NCBI GenBank assembly: GCA_051942245.1
Contig: JAVECL010000234.1
Coordinates: 1 to 34,176, forward strand
Source of the DNA: Trypethelium eluteriae
Taxonomy: Eukaryota
DNA: 34,176 bases
Direction: 5' to 3'
Shown here: in pieces, positions 1 through 13,234 of the stretch
How positions within the stretch are numbered: position 1 is the first letter of the stretch
Layout: each line of letters begins with the position of its first letter
Made by a program: the position numbers and the translations under genes
Notes under the pieces: generated by a model
Told to the model about the DNA's origin: nothing
The model's database searches: none
The model's input: only the letters and a program-made list of their open reading frames with translations

Positions 1-760
1 GGTGGCGAGTGATTGGACTATTTGGTTATGCGAAGTCAGGCTGAGTTACCAAGCGAGATGCTATAGAGACAGGACTGGAAATCGAAGAGGCCGGAATGTT
101 TGCATTGAGGTTCTCTTCGGAAGCTATAGGAGAAGATCATAGATACCCTTCTGTTTATACTGTTGTATGATTCGAATTTGAGAGCGCTCAATAATCTGCA
201 GCACAACACCTGTGCTTTGCACATCTCTCCCTACAGACTGAAGCTACTCGGCCTGCCAAAGGGAGCCATCCTTTCTTATATACTGACTACGTTCGCGAGG
301 CTCTACACACGCAGACTAAAGCATGTTTTCATAGACGCCGATGGTTGGCCCTATCTAATATTCTCACCGCTGCACCCTCAAGCGAGTTCTCGTGCCTTAT
401 GAGTAACTCACGCTAAATTGTCCGCTTCTCGGGCGATTATCAGCTAGCCCGATCGAGGCGATCAACCTCCAGGCTGAGCACCCGTAGAGTATCCTTTCAA
501 ACCGTGATTCTTTGCAGCCTAAGGCTCATCCTCTTCACTGCTGCCTAATTGAAAATGTCTTTCATCTCATCTAATCCAGTCATACTCCTTGGCATTGTTG
601 TGTATCGACCTGATTTTGTTAAAAAGAATTAAGAGTATCAGAAGATTGGTCCTCCTTCAATTCTCTCAATATCTATCAAGCAGTTAAGCTTGCTCACCAC
701 AAACTTGAATTTACGAGCAAATCTGACTCGATATATCGAGACTATTTCTACCCTTCGACT

Positions 761-3106
761 ATGTCTCAAAGCAGCATGACTCTCATTGCCCGGTCGTTTG
801 ACCTGATGAGTGCATTGGTCAGAGCAGCCGATCCTGCCAGCGCAGTCGCAAAATCTACGCAGGATCTCATCAAGTGGCTGGCCCGAGAACGGATTGATGA
901 GTTGAGTTTTGCCACATGCGCAAAGCAAGCACGAGGTCTTGCTTATCCCAATGAGAATGGCCTAGTCATTCGAGACTCAATCGAGGAGAGTGACCAGGGC
1001 TTAAAAGGCCTCCTCAAAGGCGCCCCGCTCAACCTTGTTATATCCGCGTCGCTTGGGCGAATGATGGCACGTGACGTAGACTTTTGCTACTTAGTCTCAA
1101 CTGTCTCGGTATTGACCAATTACTGGGACCCGGAGGGGACAACAGATATCCTCTGTTCTATGATGTTAGACAGTGGCGAGAACCAACATGGAGTATCATT
1201 GCTCTATCAGGCGCAACGGGATCCCATTAAGGCTGTTATGTCGAAGATTGTTGAGAGCATTCTAATTAACGTGGTGAATACTGGCCACCAGGTCGGACCT
1301 CTACCCGACGAACTGCGTTCATTGCACCCCCATGTGATTTTGGATCGGGAGTTTGCAGCCATTGTGATGGGTATTCAGCGAACTAGAGAAGGCGTATTGC
1401 TTTTGAGTGATTATTTCATTGGCGATGTCACAACATGGCTCTTCTATCACTTCGATGGCCTATTGGAGATCTCTATAGCTGGTGCTATCGTACTTTCCAA
1501 GAAACTTGGTCCGAGTTCCCAAGTTGTTCGTATAGTAATCCATCAGCTCTGTGACGCAGCTGTATGTTCAAACAGAACCTCTATTGAAGCCTCGATAGCC
1601 ACAGGCGATGGCACAAAAAAAGTCTTCATGAAGGGACTCAGTCCGGATGATGCTCCTCCAGAAATTCCAAGGCCCCAGAGCGCCCGAAGAAAGCCACTGT
1701 ATCTCGAAGGTCCAACGGCCGATTCTATTCACGGACCCTTCAAAGATATAGGCCTCAATCGTTCCGAGAGCAACCATATCTGCGCAGTTGCCAAAAAGAT
1801 GACCTCGTGGCTATTGGACATAGCATTAGAATATGAGGACTTACGGTTTGCTCAGCCATCTTTCAAGGCAACATCGGACGGTAGCTCTGGCTCTCTGCGA
1901 GTTCGCGATCTCCTTCTCAGACACCCTGGTTTAATGCAGAAACAGACCGGGCATATTGAGTCTTCCGCTCCTATTTTCAAGCGTCCACTTGATGACGATC
2001 AAGATGATAATGACCACCTGGAGCCTCTTTCAGGGTCCCATGACCCACTATCAAAGCTTTCTAGAATTTTGAATTGTTTTCCTATGGTATTGGATATGCT
2101 AGACGCAATACAGAAAAGATGTACTTGTTCTGTCTGTGAAACCAACGGGTCGATGGACGATTCGAAGGCCGGGTGTTTACGGTACCTCGCTTGCGAAGAG
2201 CTACTTGTCCTGATAGCACATGCGATCTCTGACGGCCTCGGTGCAAAGGATGTCTCTGGACTTTCTAATCGGCAGGACATGGCTAGAGCTGTGGTAGAGT
2301 TATTCGATAGCCTCCTGCAGCACCAGCAGATAGCATGGAACGACTGGTTCAGGGTATTCTCTTGCACGGCATCCGGAATACCCTTCGAGACACTCAAAAC
2401 TCCAAAAGATATGGATCATACACCCACTCATGTCAATAGGGGAAAATCCCTTATCGCCTCTCAGTATGGTTGTTACGTCGCTGTTGTCCCCTGGGTGGAT
2501 TTGCAGCAGGCAGTAAGAGTCAAAGGCTGCTTCGGATTGGAGCTTTTTGAAGGAAATATCAAAGGGCTTCCAGAAGAACTTGCTTTTCTGCAGTCTGAGC
2601 AGCCATCGCCAATTACTCAATCCCTAAGCGAGATTCCTGATTCGACATTCTCGAGTGAAGACAATACTCGAGCTGAGTTTAGTACGGCTATCTTTCGAGT
2701 ACAATCCGCTACGTATCGCCTTGTAACTTTTGTTAAGACTGCGACGCATTTAAGACTGATAGATCCTGTACAAGCTTTATCTGGACTTATGCGTTCTCAA
2801 TTTCCACGATGCACACATTCGTCCGGCAGTGAAACGTCCAGTCGTCTTCAAACCTATATGTTTGACGACATTCTCGCATGCTGGGCCGACTCTATTGGGC
2901 ACGAGGCAGCAGTGCAAGCCACTTATATTCTTGATGATCGTATTAAATTTAATGTCGCCGTTGCACTTTCCGCTATGGGCTCGGTTATACGCGATGTATC
3001 TAGCTGCTGTCTAAGCTGCGCAGAGGCACAAGTGAAACCGAAGAGCAATACTCCCCGGCGCTTGATCCAGACGACTGCACTGTCCCATTCGAGACTTCTA
3101 CGCTGA
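761..3106 (+). CDS. Hypothetical protein, 781 aa, intronless, with Cys clusters
   Basis: Uninterrupted 2.3-kb ORF with protein-like composition. Contains CTCSVC and CCLSCA motifs; no catalytic motif recognised. Confidence 0.8.
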   Translation: MSQSSMTLIARSFDLMSALVRAADPASAVAKSTQDLIKWLARERIDELSFATCAKQARGLAYPNENGLVIRDSIEESDQGLKGLLKGAPLNLVISASLGRMMARDVDFCYLVSTVSVLTNYWDPEGTTDILCSMMLDSGENQHGVSLLYQAQRDPIKAVMSKIVESILINVVNTGHQVGPLPDELRSLHPHVILDREFAAIVMGIQRTREGVLLLSDYFIGDVTTWLFYHFDGLLEISIAGAIVLSKKLGPSSQVVRIVIHQLCDAAVCSNRTSIEASIATGDGTKKVFMKGLSPDDAPPEIPRPQSARRKPLYLEGPTADSIHGPFKDIGLNRSESNHICAVAKKMTSWLLDIALEYEDLRFAQPSFKATSDGSSGSLRVRDLLLRHPGLMQKQTGHIESSAPIFKRPLDDDQDDNDHLEPLSGSHDPLSKLSRILNCFPMVLDMLDAIQKRCTCSVCETNGSMDDSKAGCLRYLACEELLVLIAHAISDGLGAKDVSGLSNRQDMARAVVELFDSLLQHQQIAWNDWFRVFSCTASGIPFETLKTPKDMDHTPTHVNRGKSLIASQYGCYVAVVPWVDLQQAVRVKGCFGLELFEGNIKGLPEELAFLQSEQPSPITQSLSEIPDSTFSSEDNTRAEFSTAIFRVQSATYRLVTFVKTATHLRLIDPVQALSGLMRSQFPRCTHSSGSETSSRLQTYMFDDILACWADSIGHEAAVQATYILDDRIKFNVAVALSAMGSVIRDVSSCCLSCAEAQVKPKSNTPRRLIQTTALSHSRLLR

Positions 3107-3662
3107 ATCTTACCAAATCTCCATGATGCTGCAGCTTCTCTGCTAGCGCAGAGTTTGGTATTGATGGTCAGAAAAGGACCTACAGAACTGATTGTACATC
3201 CCTTGTGATACTGGAGACAGTCGTGGCGCTTATAAGTCGCTCCAGAAGAGAAATCATTATAAGGATCTGGACGGGGTTGCTCGGTTACCGGCCCAATCTG
3301 TGAGCCGAAAGGCAAAGACCATCTGTTTCAAGCAAGGTGGTATTCCTAGAGTACAGTTGCATCTTGTGTGATAACGCTACTTGGATCAAGTTGGCTGCGC
3401 CATTCCCGTTTGGATAAAAAGCAATGCACTCAAGTCTGAATGCATCTCAGCCTCTGGGCACTTGTGCCGACAACTGGTTTGAGAGATATAGAGCAAGGAT
3501 AGCCTTGAAATGATAATGTGCTCAGGCGTGTGAGGAAGTTATGTTCCTTTGTCTTGGCCAAGCTATCTCTAAACCATCCCAGAGTAAAGGCTCGCCAACA
3601 TTCCGTACAGGCCTTCTAAAAGGGCAGAGCCGCGAACATACGAACTCCCAGAGTCGCAAACA

Positions 3663-6600
3663 TCAACTTCTGTGTTCATTGCCAGCAATTAACTTCGCAA
3701 CAACCCCCTCACAAAGAGCGTTGAGCGTCTTTGCTCCGATGATCTCCAACGTGGTGCTTTCGACTCCTAATTCTGTCCTCATCCAATTACGAAACTCAAC
3801 AGCTGTCAGTGAATCGATGCCATATCCGGACAAGGGGCGATCGACCTCAATTGGCTCGTCTAGACGTAGTAGCTTCATCAATTGACGGTTCATTAGCTCC
3901 AAAGCAGCGCCTACTAGCGTATTTCGGCTAGTCTCGGCTTTCAGAAGATTAAGAAATGCTTGCACATGACCGCGAGAAGAACCGGTATCATCGTTGGAAT
4001 GAGAGCTGGTGTCGTATGAGGTCCCGAATAGGCTTGCAAAGCGGACATCGTGTCGCAGAGACGAATCTGAGGGTTGCGGGAAGATAATGCCAGTGACTAT
4101 TTCACTGGGTATTGCGACCGGAGTTGTGCAGTGCGTTTGCTGCAGAATCGAAACATAGATGATCTTGTGAAGTTGATTCTCGTTGATGCCACTGAAGCTC
4201 CGGGCATCAACTCTTTCAGCGAGCTCAGTGCGTTCACTGAGGTACCCGACGTCTTCGATTGCTCCCAAGTCAACCGAGCAGGCACGAAGACCTAATTTTT
4301 GTCGATATATGGCAAAGGAGTTTAGAAAGGCATTGGCGGCAGCGTAATTGGCTTGCGCCAGGTGACCAACAATACCGGAGAGACTGGATAGGAGTAGGAA
4401 GAAATCTAGAGTCGAGTTGTGTTGGAGTGAAGCATTATGAAGGTTCCAAGTACCTTGGACTTTGCATCGTATGCACTGTTGCCATTCTTGAATACTCATC
4501 GACGAAAATATCTTATCCTGGAGACAGCTTTGTTAGCTCTGAGACAGATACGGATGTCACCCTTGGGGAAGTAAGAGGCTGACATACCCGTAAGACCATG
4601 GCACCTTGAATAATGCCCTTGATTGGACGAGCGGAGCTTCCAAATAAACGCTGTACGTCTTCCATGACCGTGACATCCCCCTTTACACATTGTACCTCAG
4701 CACCAAGTGATTTGAGGTTGAAGAGGACAGATTGTGATCTCTCATCTGTTCGGTCACTTCTAGACATAGTGATAAGATACTTTGCACCATGTTGAGCAAG
4801 GAGGATTGCGATGCTTCCACATAGGCCTCTCAGCCCACCAACAATGATGTACGCCGCACTGGGATCAAGTTGTAGCAAAGGCACCGCAGGTTGGACCTAA
4901 ATAAAAGTCAACGAGCGCATATGAGCATAGAGACTAAACACAACGAACCAATACTTTACAGGTGCGGTCTGCACCGTCAGAAATGACAATCTTGCCTATG
5001 TGGTTTCCAGAGCGCATATCGCGGAAGGCATCCACAATGTCTGCAAATGAATATATTTTCCGGGGATTTATTGGCTTAATAATTCCATCTTCTATCATTT
5101 TGAAGATCCGTCGTAATAATCTATCAACGTGGTTAGGCAATTTCCGTCTTCGAAACATAGGGTAAAGCCTGGAGAGGCAACTCACCTCTGGGTCTCCGGC
5201 CAAGGAATGTTATCGAGCGACATGTCAATGGCCCTGTAGGAGGCGTTGCGGCAGAAAGGCTCCATTGAGAGACTTCCTCTGTTTACTAAGTCTTTCTTGC
5301 CGATTTCGATGAAATTACCATCTTGCGCGATGCACCGCCATGACTCATCTAACATATCTCCAGAAAGAGAGTTCAAGACAATGTCGACGCCCTTTCCGTT
5401 GGTAGCGCGCATCAGCTTAGATGCAAATTCTGTGGTCCTCGAGGAAAAAATGCGATCATCAGATATCCCGTAGGTTTCTGTCAAGAACTTGCGCTTATGA
5501 TTGCTTCCAACAGTTGTGTAGATCTGCCGTTTATGTAAATTTCTCTGTTTACTACTCGGAATAGAAGCCATACCTTTAAGCCATAATGCTGGCAGATTTG
5601 AATGGCGGCTATACCAACACCACCCGCACCGGAGTGAATCAGTATGGACTGCTATAATCAGCAAACCGAGCTGATCAAGGGTTTGGGGGGCATTCTGTAC
5701 CTGGCCTTGCCGAAGATTCGCAAGATCGAGAAGTCCATAAACACACACTCGATAGACGGACGGCAAAGTCGAGGCATCCTAGTCTGGTGATGAGTGTGCG
5801 ATCCACAAAAGACGTAATGGCTTACCTCAAATGTCATCCAGTCTGGCAATGGATGAAGGCCGTCGACAGGGGTTTGGACGAGATTAGAGAAACAGCCCTT
5901 TCGGGTAACAAGTACTCGCTGTCCAACGTGCAGTGGGCCGGTATACTCTGGATGGAAGCGACGAATTATGCCCGCGCCATCAAGTCCAATGAGAGATGCA
6001 TCTGCCGGAACGAGTCCCATCACAGTTGCGACATCCTATTAAGACTTAGCAGCGATTTGATCATCTGCCTTGCATTTTACCTTGAAATTCATTGAAGCAG
6101 CATGCACTTCAATCTCGGCGAAGTCTTGCTGGAGCGGAATCTCTTCAGTTGAGACTTCAGTATAGTGAAGAGAATCTAGAGTTCCGACTCGAGAACTCGT
6201 CAACCTAATGCACCTTGGATGATTGTGGAAAGATGTCGAGTATGGCTCTGCGCCGGAAATTAGGGCGTTTTCGAAACCGTTTAGTTCTTCATCCTGCTTG
6301 ACTCTTGAGACATGGAGAACTCCACTACGCTCTACATATTCGCAGTCTTCGAGAACGACAGCTCCGTTCAAGCAGCCTATCATGTGTCCGATTGGTTTGA
6401 ACATGTAATCGGGCGTCCTGGAATCCACATCCAGCGTCACGATTGCCTGGCCAGGGTTCTCGTTTCGTAGTGTTCTCATGAGACCAGCAGCCATGCCTTG
6501 ATCAGGGTTTGCTACGTCCATTTGACTGCCAGCAGTCACCCAAAGAATACGACATTGCTGTATTATAAGATATTTAAGTCCATCCCACTGGTCTGATGTC

Positions 6601-9600
6601 ATGCGTGCGAGGAACGGGACATCTATTTCGGTCAAGACCACCACAGTACTCTGAGGAGGAATTGATGTAAATGGAAGGTGATGCTGTATCGAATGGTAAT
6701 TGGAGCTCCCTATTTGGTCCATGACGCGAGAGGCGCCTTTCGCAGGAGAGCTGAAATGGGCAAAGTGAATGTCCGGTTCAGTGAAACTTGGCGACTTGTT
6801 TTCCAAGAGAGCAGTGGTAATATACACAGACACATGATCGTTATTAGCATGGACTTTGAGAGCGAGAAATGGTGGTCGAAATGGTCTGATGGATGGGAGA
6901 TTTGAATTGTGGTCGAAACTCTTGACAGCCTATGGATTTCAGTAAGAACGTGACTCAGTGTCTTCAAGGTGCTACTCACGTTGCCATTAGGCACTGGCAT
7001 TGAGTTGTTGTACGGTGCTTCATGGATCAGTAAGAGTAATATTCCGTCCTTTCTAAGTATTTTCCCCACGTCCTCGAGTGTGGTTTCCAATGATTCCCTA
7101 GAGGAGGATTGCTGATCAAACATATGCGTTAGCCAGTACCAAGTAGCAGGATCAGCGACATACCATAGAAAGCGTTAGTACATCATACAACTCGTCTTCC
7201 TCGACAGAAGTCTGAGCAAAGTCTGTAAATTCAGCGATCCTCAATCCTGTGCCACGAATACTGCGGTAACGTTCTTGGGCATCTAGAACAGCCTCATGCG
7301 TGGAAAGAAAGATATGACATTCTCGAAAATTCAGACCTTGATGCTCATAGATGTCAAGCCACAGACTATTAGATCGAGCTAGCAGGTTCAGCTCCAGGAT
7401 TCTCGGCTTGGGTCTCTTGTGTAGAACCAGATCCATGATCTTCCGCAAACGGTCAGATTTATCGAGCTGCAGGACTCCGGACTCAGGTATGTTAATTTCG
7501 CCTACTACGTGTTCGAACTGATCTCGTGAGGCAAGAGAAATATCGGGATGCCAGTCAACACAGGCGTACATCGGAGTAGCTCGGGCATCATTTCTAGTCT
7601 CAAGCTTGCTGTAGTGCAGGCCGGTCATTTTTAGCAATAAATGGCCATCTTCAGAGTTATAGACCCTAGTGTTTGTAGCATAGTTCTGAGCATGGTATTT
7701 ACTTCCAATCCCGACATATTCAGCAGAGGAAATAGCAATGCCATCAACAGGAGCTGACTCCTGAGCTATGATTGTGAGGTTATCGATGTGAGATGGAATC
7801 AAAAGCTCATCCACTGAAGCTCGCAGACCCTGCCACAGTGAAGCTGCCCCGCTTTGGAAGCAAGAGTCTAAGACTGTGGGATGTAGCGGATAGGAGGACT
7901 CCACCTCTTCCGTCTTTGAAGGAAGGAGAGAAAGGCGAGCGCGGTTGTTCCGCGAGCCGCATGCCGACTCGATTTCAAGCTGTTTCTGAAAAGCGGGCCC
8001 GAACGAGTATCCCACATCCTTCATCGCTTTATACCACATCGAGGCAGGCAACGCGTGTCGAAGCGGCGTTAGGTCGGCAGCGTAGTCATCTGTTCCATAT
8101 CAGCGAGATTCATGGGCCACTCGCAGCTGGGCCAGACCGAACACATACCTGTAGCAGAACGGTTTAGAACTCGTATCTGACCACTGCAGTGGTCGGCCAC
8201 GACACCATCTAACGAAGAAGAGATTTTAAAATTGTGCCAGGAATCTTTGTCCCCGGAAGGAGAATAAAGCGTCAATGTCAGCTTCTCTTCTGATCCAGAC
8301 ATCGTAAAAACCAATGCAGAAGAGAATGAGACATCCCGGAGGCGGTAACTAAGCCCCGTACATGATGTATTTGGGTCGACTGAAGCAAGCGAAACGCTCT
8401 TTTGAAAGATCGCCTCGACGGCCATGGCTATATAGCCAGCTGCGGGGAAGACAATGTCACTTCCAAGCTGGCACTGATAAGCGATCTATACATATTGCTG
8501 TATGTCAAAACTTACCATGTGATCCTTGAGCCATGGAACGTGGCTGGTTCCAAGAGATTTCTTCCACACCGGTAAGGTCCAGGGAACGCCCAGGATCTTG
8601 CTACCCAGAAGATCGTGATGAATGAAGCGTCGAAACCTCCAATCCTTGCTGGATTCGTTCTCTTTCCAGAACTTTGTACGATGGTCCCAGGCATAATTCG
8701 GTAGGTCAACGATCGTGCGAGGTACATGTTCCTTGCTATTGCGATTTACTTCTGAGAAATCGATCGCACTACCAGAGATGAACAACTTTCCCGCGAGATC
8801 GAATAGGGCGGACCCCGATGATTCACCCCGGCGGTATGCAGCAAGGTACTCGAACCTCTTGGCATCATCTGGAAGGCATTGCCTGATCTGCGAGAGGGGT
8901 CCAGCAAGTCCACCACTTGGTCCGATCTCGATGAGAATGTCCGGACTGTCCTGATGCGTCTGCATTGCCTCTACTGCCTCTCTGAACTTGACAGGCGAGA
9001 CCATATTGTTCACCCAATAGCTTGTATCACAACAGTCGTTCATTATTCCACCCGTGACCGAAGAGAACATTGATATTGGAGAAGGTATGCGCGAAGGGTT
9101 CGGAAGTAAACAGTTCTGGCGGAGCAGCTCTTCGTAGTGTGACGCAGCTGGTCTAATAAACCTGGAGTGATAGGCAAGATCAACTAAAAGCATGCGAGCA
9201 AAATGGCCGTCACCTGTGACATTCGCTTGGATCTTCTCCAAATCGGTTATTTCTCCAGACAGCGTGCAACTCGAAGGACTGTTAAAGCAAGCGATGTCAA
9301 CCTGATGAGCGCTTGAGATATATTGCTTAGCTTGATAAGACCCAAGCCCAACGGCAAGCATTCCAGTCGACTTCTTCTCGCTCCTCAACGAGTCCGAGAG
9401 GAGACCCCTATAGTAAGCAACTTTGACGGCTTCTTCAGGCGAGAGTAAACCTGCCGCAACAGCGCAGGCAATCTCTCCGGAAGAGTGTCCTGTTACGGCG
9501 CACCATTCGATACCCCAGGACTTCAATACGCTTAGGATCGCTATTTGGAGGATTGTGACCAGAGGCTGAGAGAATTCCGGTAATTGGATATGACTCTTGG

Positions 9601-11681
9601 ATCGTGGTGAGGTGAGTTCGTCTGTATCGTCAGATTATTGGGCAATCCTAACGGATAGGAAGACGCTCACCATAAGCTGACCAACAAGGACCATTTGAAA
9701 GACTGCGTAAAGTCTTATCCAAGCTTTTAATTACTTCTCTCGCAATTGGAAAATGTTCGCAAAGACTCAACCCCATTTGTGGCCACTGCGCCCCTTGTCC
9801 GGTAAATACAAGGCCGATCCGGGGGTTCGAGCGCATTTTACCAAATACGAGAGCATTTCGATCAATAGAGCACTCATTCGTAATTAAGTAAGCACGATGA
9901 AAGTGATGGGTTCTACGCTCAGAAAGGGTATAGGCCAGATCATTCAACTGCACTTTGACACCAGGATACGATAAGTGCCTATCGAGGCTCTGTAAATATG
10001 TTCGCAAAGACTGTTCCTCATTAGCAGAGAATACTAGAACGTAAGGTCTATCGCTAATTCTCCTTTCGTCGAAAATATCCACGGTGTCCTCGTTGACGTA
10101 AGAAGATATGTGAGGAAGCTCCATGCCCACCAAGGCGTGACCGGCCTCGTCCACAATCGCATGCACATTTGAGCCTCCGTATCCAAAGGAGCTTACACCA
10201 GCTCTACGAAAGGGCACCGTTGGCCACATTTTGCGCTCATTTGAGACCTGGAATTTCAGGGTCTGGAAATCGATCTTGGGGTTCGGAGTCTTGAAAGTTG
10301 GGTTACCGGGTATCTCACTATTTTCCAAGGAAAGAATAACTTTGATGAGGCCGGAGAGCCCAGCAGCCGGCTCTGAATGTCCTATGTTACTCTTGATCTA
10401 TATCATTGTTAACAAGACCGTCAGTGAACTACATTTGAAAGCAAACGCGAGACTCACAGATCCAATCCGCAATGGACGCGTAGACGAAAGATGTCTCGAA
10501 AAGACCTTTGCGAGACCCTCAACTTCGATCACGTCTCCGGCCTTTGTACCGGTTCCATGGCACTCAATATAGGAGGTCGAGGTGAGATCAGATATGCCCG
10601 CATTGATGTAGGCCTGTTTGATTACCGTGGCTTGGGCAACAGCATTGGGGCTCGCAATGCCTGCAGTCCAGCCGTCACTGTTGGTTGCGGAGCCTCGAAT
10701 GACAGCTCTTATGGGATCATTATCTCGGATCGCATCCTCAAGGCGCTTGAGAATCACCATGTTCACAGCTTCTGACTTAATATAGCCGTCTGCTTTAGCA
10801 TCAAACGTATGACAGCGTCCGGTAGGCGACCCTGCTCCATTGATGGCAAAGCTATCCATGGCATGTTCTGGGCTGAGATACAAGTTGCAGGCGCCAACGA
10901 TCGCTCCTGCGACATCCTTGGTCTGTAGGTATCGGCATGCAGTATCTAATGCAATCAGGCTTCCTGAGCAGGCTGTGTCTATTGTCATGCTGCAAGAAAT
11001 CATTGATATGGAGTACGTGGAAGCGCACCGCTGAGCGGGGCTTACCTTGGCCCTTTAAGATCAAGAAAGTGACTGATTCGGTTGCTAAGCATTGCACGGC
11101 CAACTCCCACGGCGTATGCTGAGGCCCGCTCCTCTGGGTCACGATTTTGGGCGTCGCCATAGTCTTTCGAGCTCAGAGAATGCTTGCACAGAGGTAGGAT
11201 AGAAGTACCTACCGCATGCATATGAGCCCACAAAACAGCCATATGGCTGGCCTCGGAGTTCTTGGAGAGAGATTCCGGCGTTCTCAAGGCCTTCATAAAC
11301 TACTTCCAATAGCTGCCGCTGCTGAGGGTCCATACACTGGGCCTCATGGTTGGAGAGCTTAAAAAACTTCGCATCAAGGTCGCGGAGGTCAACGTCTTCC
11401 AGGAACATGCCTCCTGGCATTACCATTGAGCGTCCATTGCTTGAGCCATTATAATGTCCAGCAGGGTTGAACCGGGAAGGCGGCGGTTCAATTCCGGCCT
11501 GTTCTCCATTTCGCAGAAATCTCCACAACTCAGTCGGCGTGTTGTTGCGTCCTGGAAGCCGACATGCCAAGCCTACAATTGCGATGGGGTCCTGTCCGCA
11601 TCCGCGCTGGAACTTGAGTTGATTAACGTTTTCCCGATGATCTATCGTTCCATTGGGCTTTGCAATGACAGAGATGGCCAT
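3663..11681 (-). CDS. Highly reducing iterative type I polyketide synthase (KS-AT-DH-degenerate cMT-ER-KR-ACP), 16 exons
   Basis: [66 protein letters not shown] (after splicing), [18 protein letters not shown] (after splicing). [30 protein letters not shown] traced 15 GT-AG introns (near 11.2, 11.0, 10.4, 9.65, 8.5, 8.1, 7.15, 6.95, 6.05, 5.8, 5.7, 5.55, 5.15, 4.92 and 4.55 kb) that join the ORF fragments in frame. Confidence 0.97.
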
Positions 11682-11881
11682 GTCATTAATGTAAAGTCAA
11701 GACGACACAAGGGGATAGCAAAGACGCCACCCATGAAATTTCCTGCCATACAAGTTGATCTGCATCAACGACAAGGAACCAGTGAAGAATAAAGCTCGTG
11801 GGTCGACGTATTGGGTTACGCCTGTCTGGGCTTGGGATCGGGATGCGCCGATCTCTTCTAATACTCTGACCCCTGATCTTC

Positions 11882-11889
11882 TCACGTCA
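11882..11889. promoter_or_regulatory. Candidate bANK transcription-factor site TCACGTCA (reverse complement TGACGTGA, Api-box)
   Basis: Exact 8-mer in the PKS/hydrolase divergent promoter. It matches the motif I recall for promoters of the bANK-regulated apicidin F cluster. It is also CRE-like, so it could be a general bZIP site. Confidence 0.4.
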
Positions 11890-12270
11890 GTCTCCGATTT
11901 CGAATAGATCCACCAATCATCAAACTCGCTCGTTGCAAATCGCGTTAATTAAGAGAAGTACTCCGTATTGTAAGAAAAATTGCAAGTCGCACCGAGCCGC
12001 ATGCAGCCAAGATTCAATTTTTGCGTGCAATGTCCACTGCTGAGATCAGTATAGAGATTGCAGATTGGAGTCAAAATTACTTCTGATTTCAGTCCACCAT
12101 TACAATCTCGCCACCAAGTATCCATAACCTCACGGGAATTGCATAGATTTAGGACCTGTCGGCTCACTACAACGGGTCAGCAATCACCTCGAATTATTAC
12201 TCCTGCCCTAGCAATTTTTACTCTTGAGCCCGACGCGCGACTTGACCCGGTCTCGAAGGCGGACATTCCA

Positions 12271-13234
12271 ATGGCCTCGTCAGAGAGAGTTGAGTTTAAG
12301 ACAATTGATGGTGTCATCCTGCGCGGCGTGCTCTTCCTGGCAGGCGCCAGGGGTCCGGCAGTTATTCTCTCCCCTGCTGTAAGTAGCGTAGTCTAGTTCA
12401 TGTCAGAATGAAGACAGTAATAGTTCCTAGTTCAACTCCGTCAAGGAGATGTTGGGTCTCTATGACGCAGCACAAGCATTCCAAAAAGCTCAATTCACCG
12501 CTTTACTCTATGATTGCCGTTCAGTTGGACAGAGTGATGGTGAGCCTCGCAACGACATTGATCCTGCGAAGCAGGTGGAGGATTACTCGGATGCATTGAC
12601 ATTCTTGAAGGAATATCCGACTGTCGATTCTAAACAGGTTTTCTTTTGGGGAATGTCACTGAGCGGCTCCGTAGCACTTTCTGCGGCCTGCCTGGACAAA
12701 CGCGTGGCTGGTGTCATCTGCGTCTGCCCAATTGTTGAGCTGCAGTATGATCAGAAGAGATTACCTCAAGTGCTTCTGCAGTGTATGAAAGACCGAGAGT
12801 CACAGGTGAAGGGCAACCCTCCATTCTACCTCCCAATGCTCAATTCAGACGGCGACAATCCTGCGGGGTTTGGTACTGGAATAAACAAAGAGCATTATGC
12901 CAAACTCGTGGTCGCGGGTAAAGAGATTGCTCCCACCCACGTCAACCGTACTACTATCCAGTCTTATTTGAAAACCATCATGTGGCAGCCTTCTCCTTTG
13001 TGGCCTTTACTCAACCCAACGCCGGTCATGTTCGTTGTCCCAGAACTCGATCGAACCTGCCCGGCTGAGCTTCAGCTTCAGTACTTCGATCGTCTTTCGG
13101 CGCCGAAAAGGGTCCAAGTCTGTCGAGGAAGGAGCCATATGGACATTCTTGAGAGCAGCGACTTTCAAGATGTGATGGACGTACAGATTGACTTCATTCG
13201 TAGCATTGTCGACGGGCGATTCGGGAAAAGTTGA
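12271..13234 (+). CDS. Alpha/beta-hydrolase, trans-acting thioesterase/polyketide transferase (DcsB / Fma-AT(af380)-like), ~303 aa
   Basis: Exons 12271-12378 and 12431-13234. Motifs: VEFKTIDGVILRG, YDCRSVGQSDGEPRNDIDP, nucleophile elbow WGMSLSG. Predicted triad Ser112/Asp243/His272. Divergent from the PKS. Confidence 0.9.

Noticed and set aside
1..760. Short ORFs at the left edge
   Set aside because: No recognisable motif; may be the tail of an upstream gene or intergenic DNA, which cannot be decided from this window.
4820..4850. KR Rossmann motif GGLRGLCG lacks the usual final GxG, suggesting an inactive KR
   Set aside because: I recall the GLCG variant as common in a clade of fungal HR-PKSs, and the catalytic Tyr motif (NYAAAN) is intact.
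3663..11681. PKS split over many ORFs, suggesting a pseudogene or several genes
   Set aside because: Every break is bridged by a short GT-AG intron that restores frame and conserved motifs.
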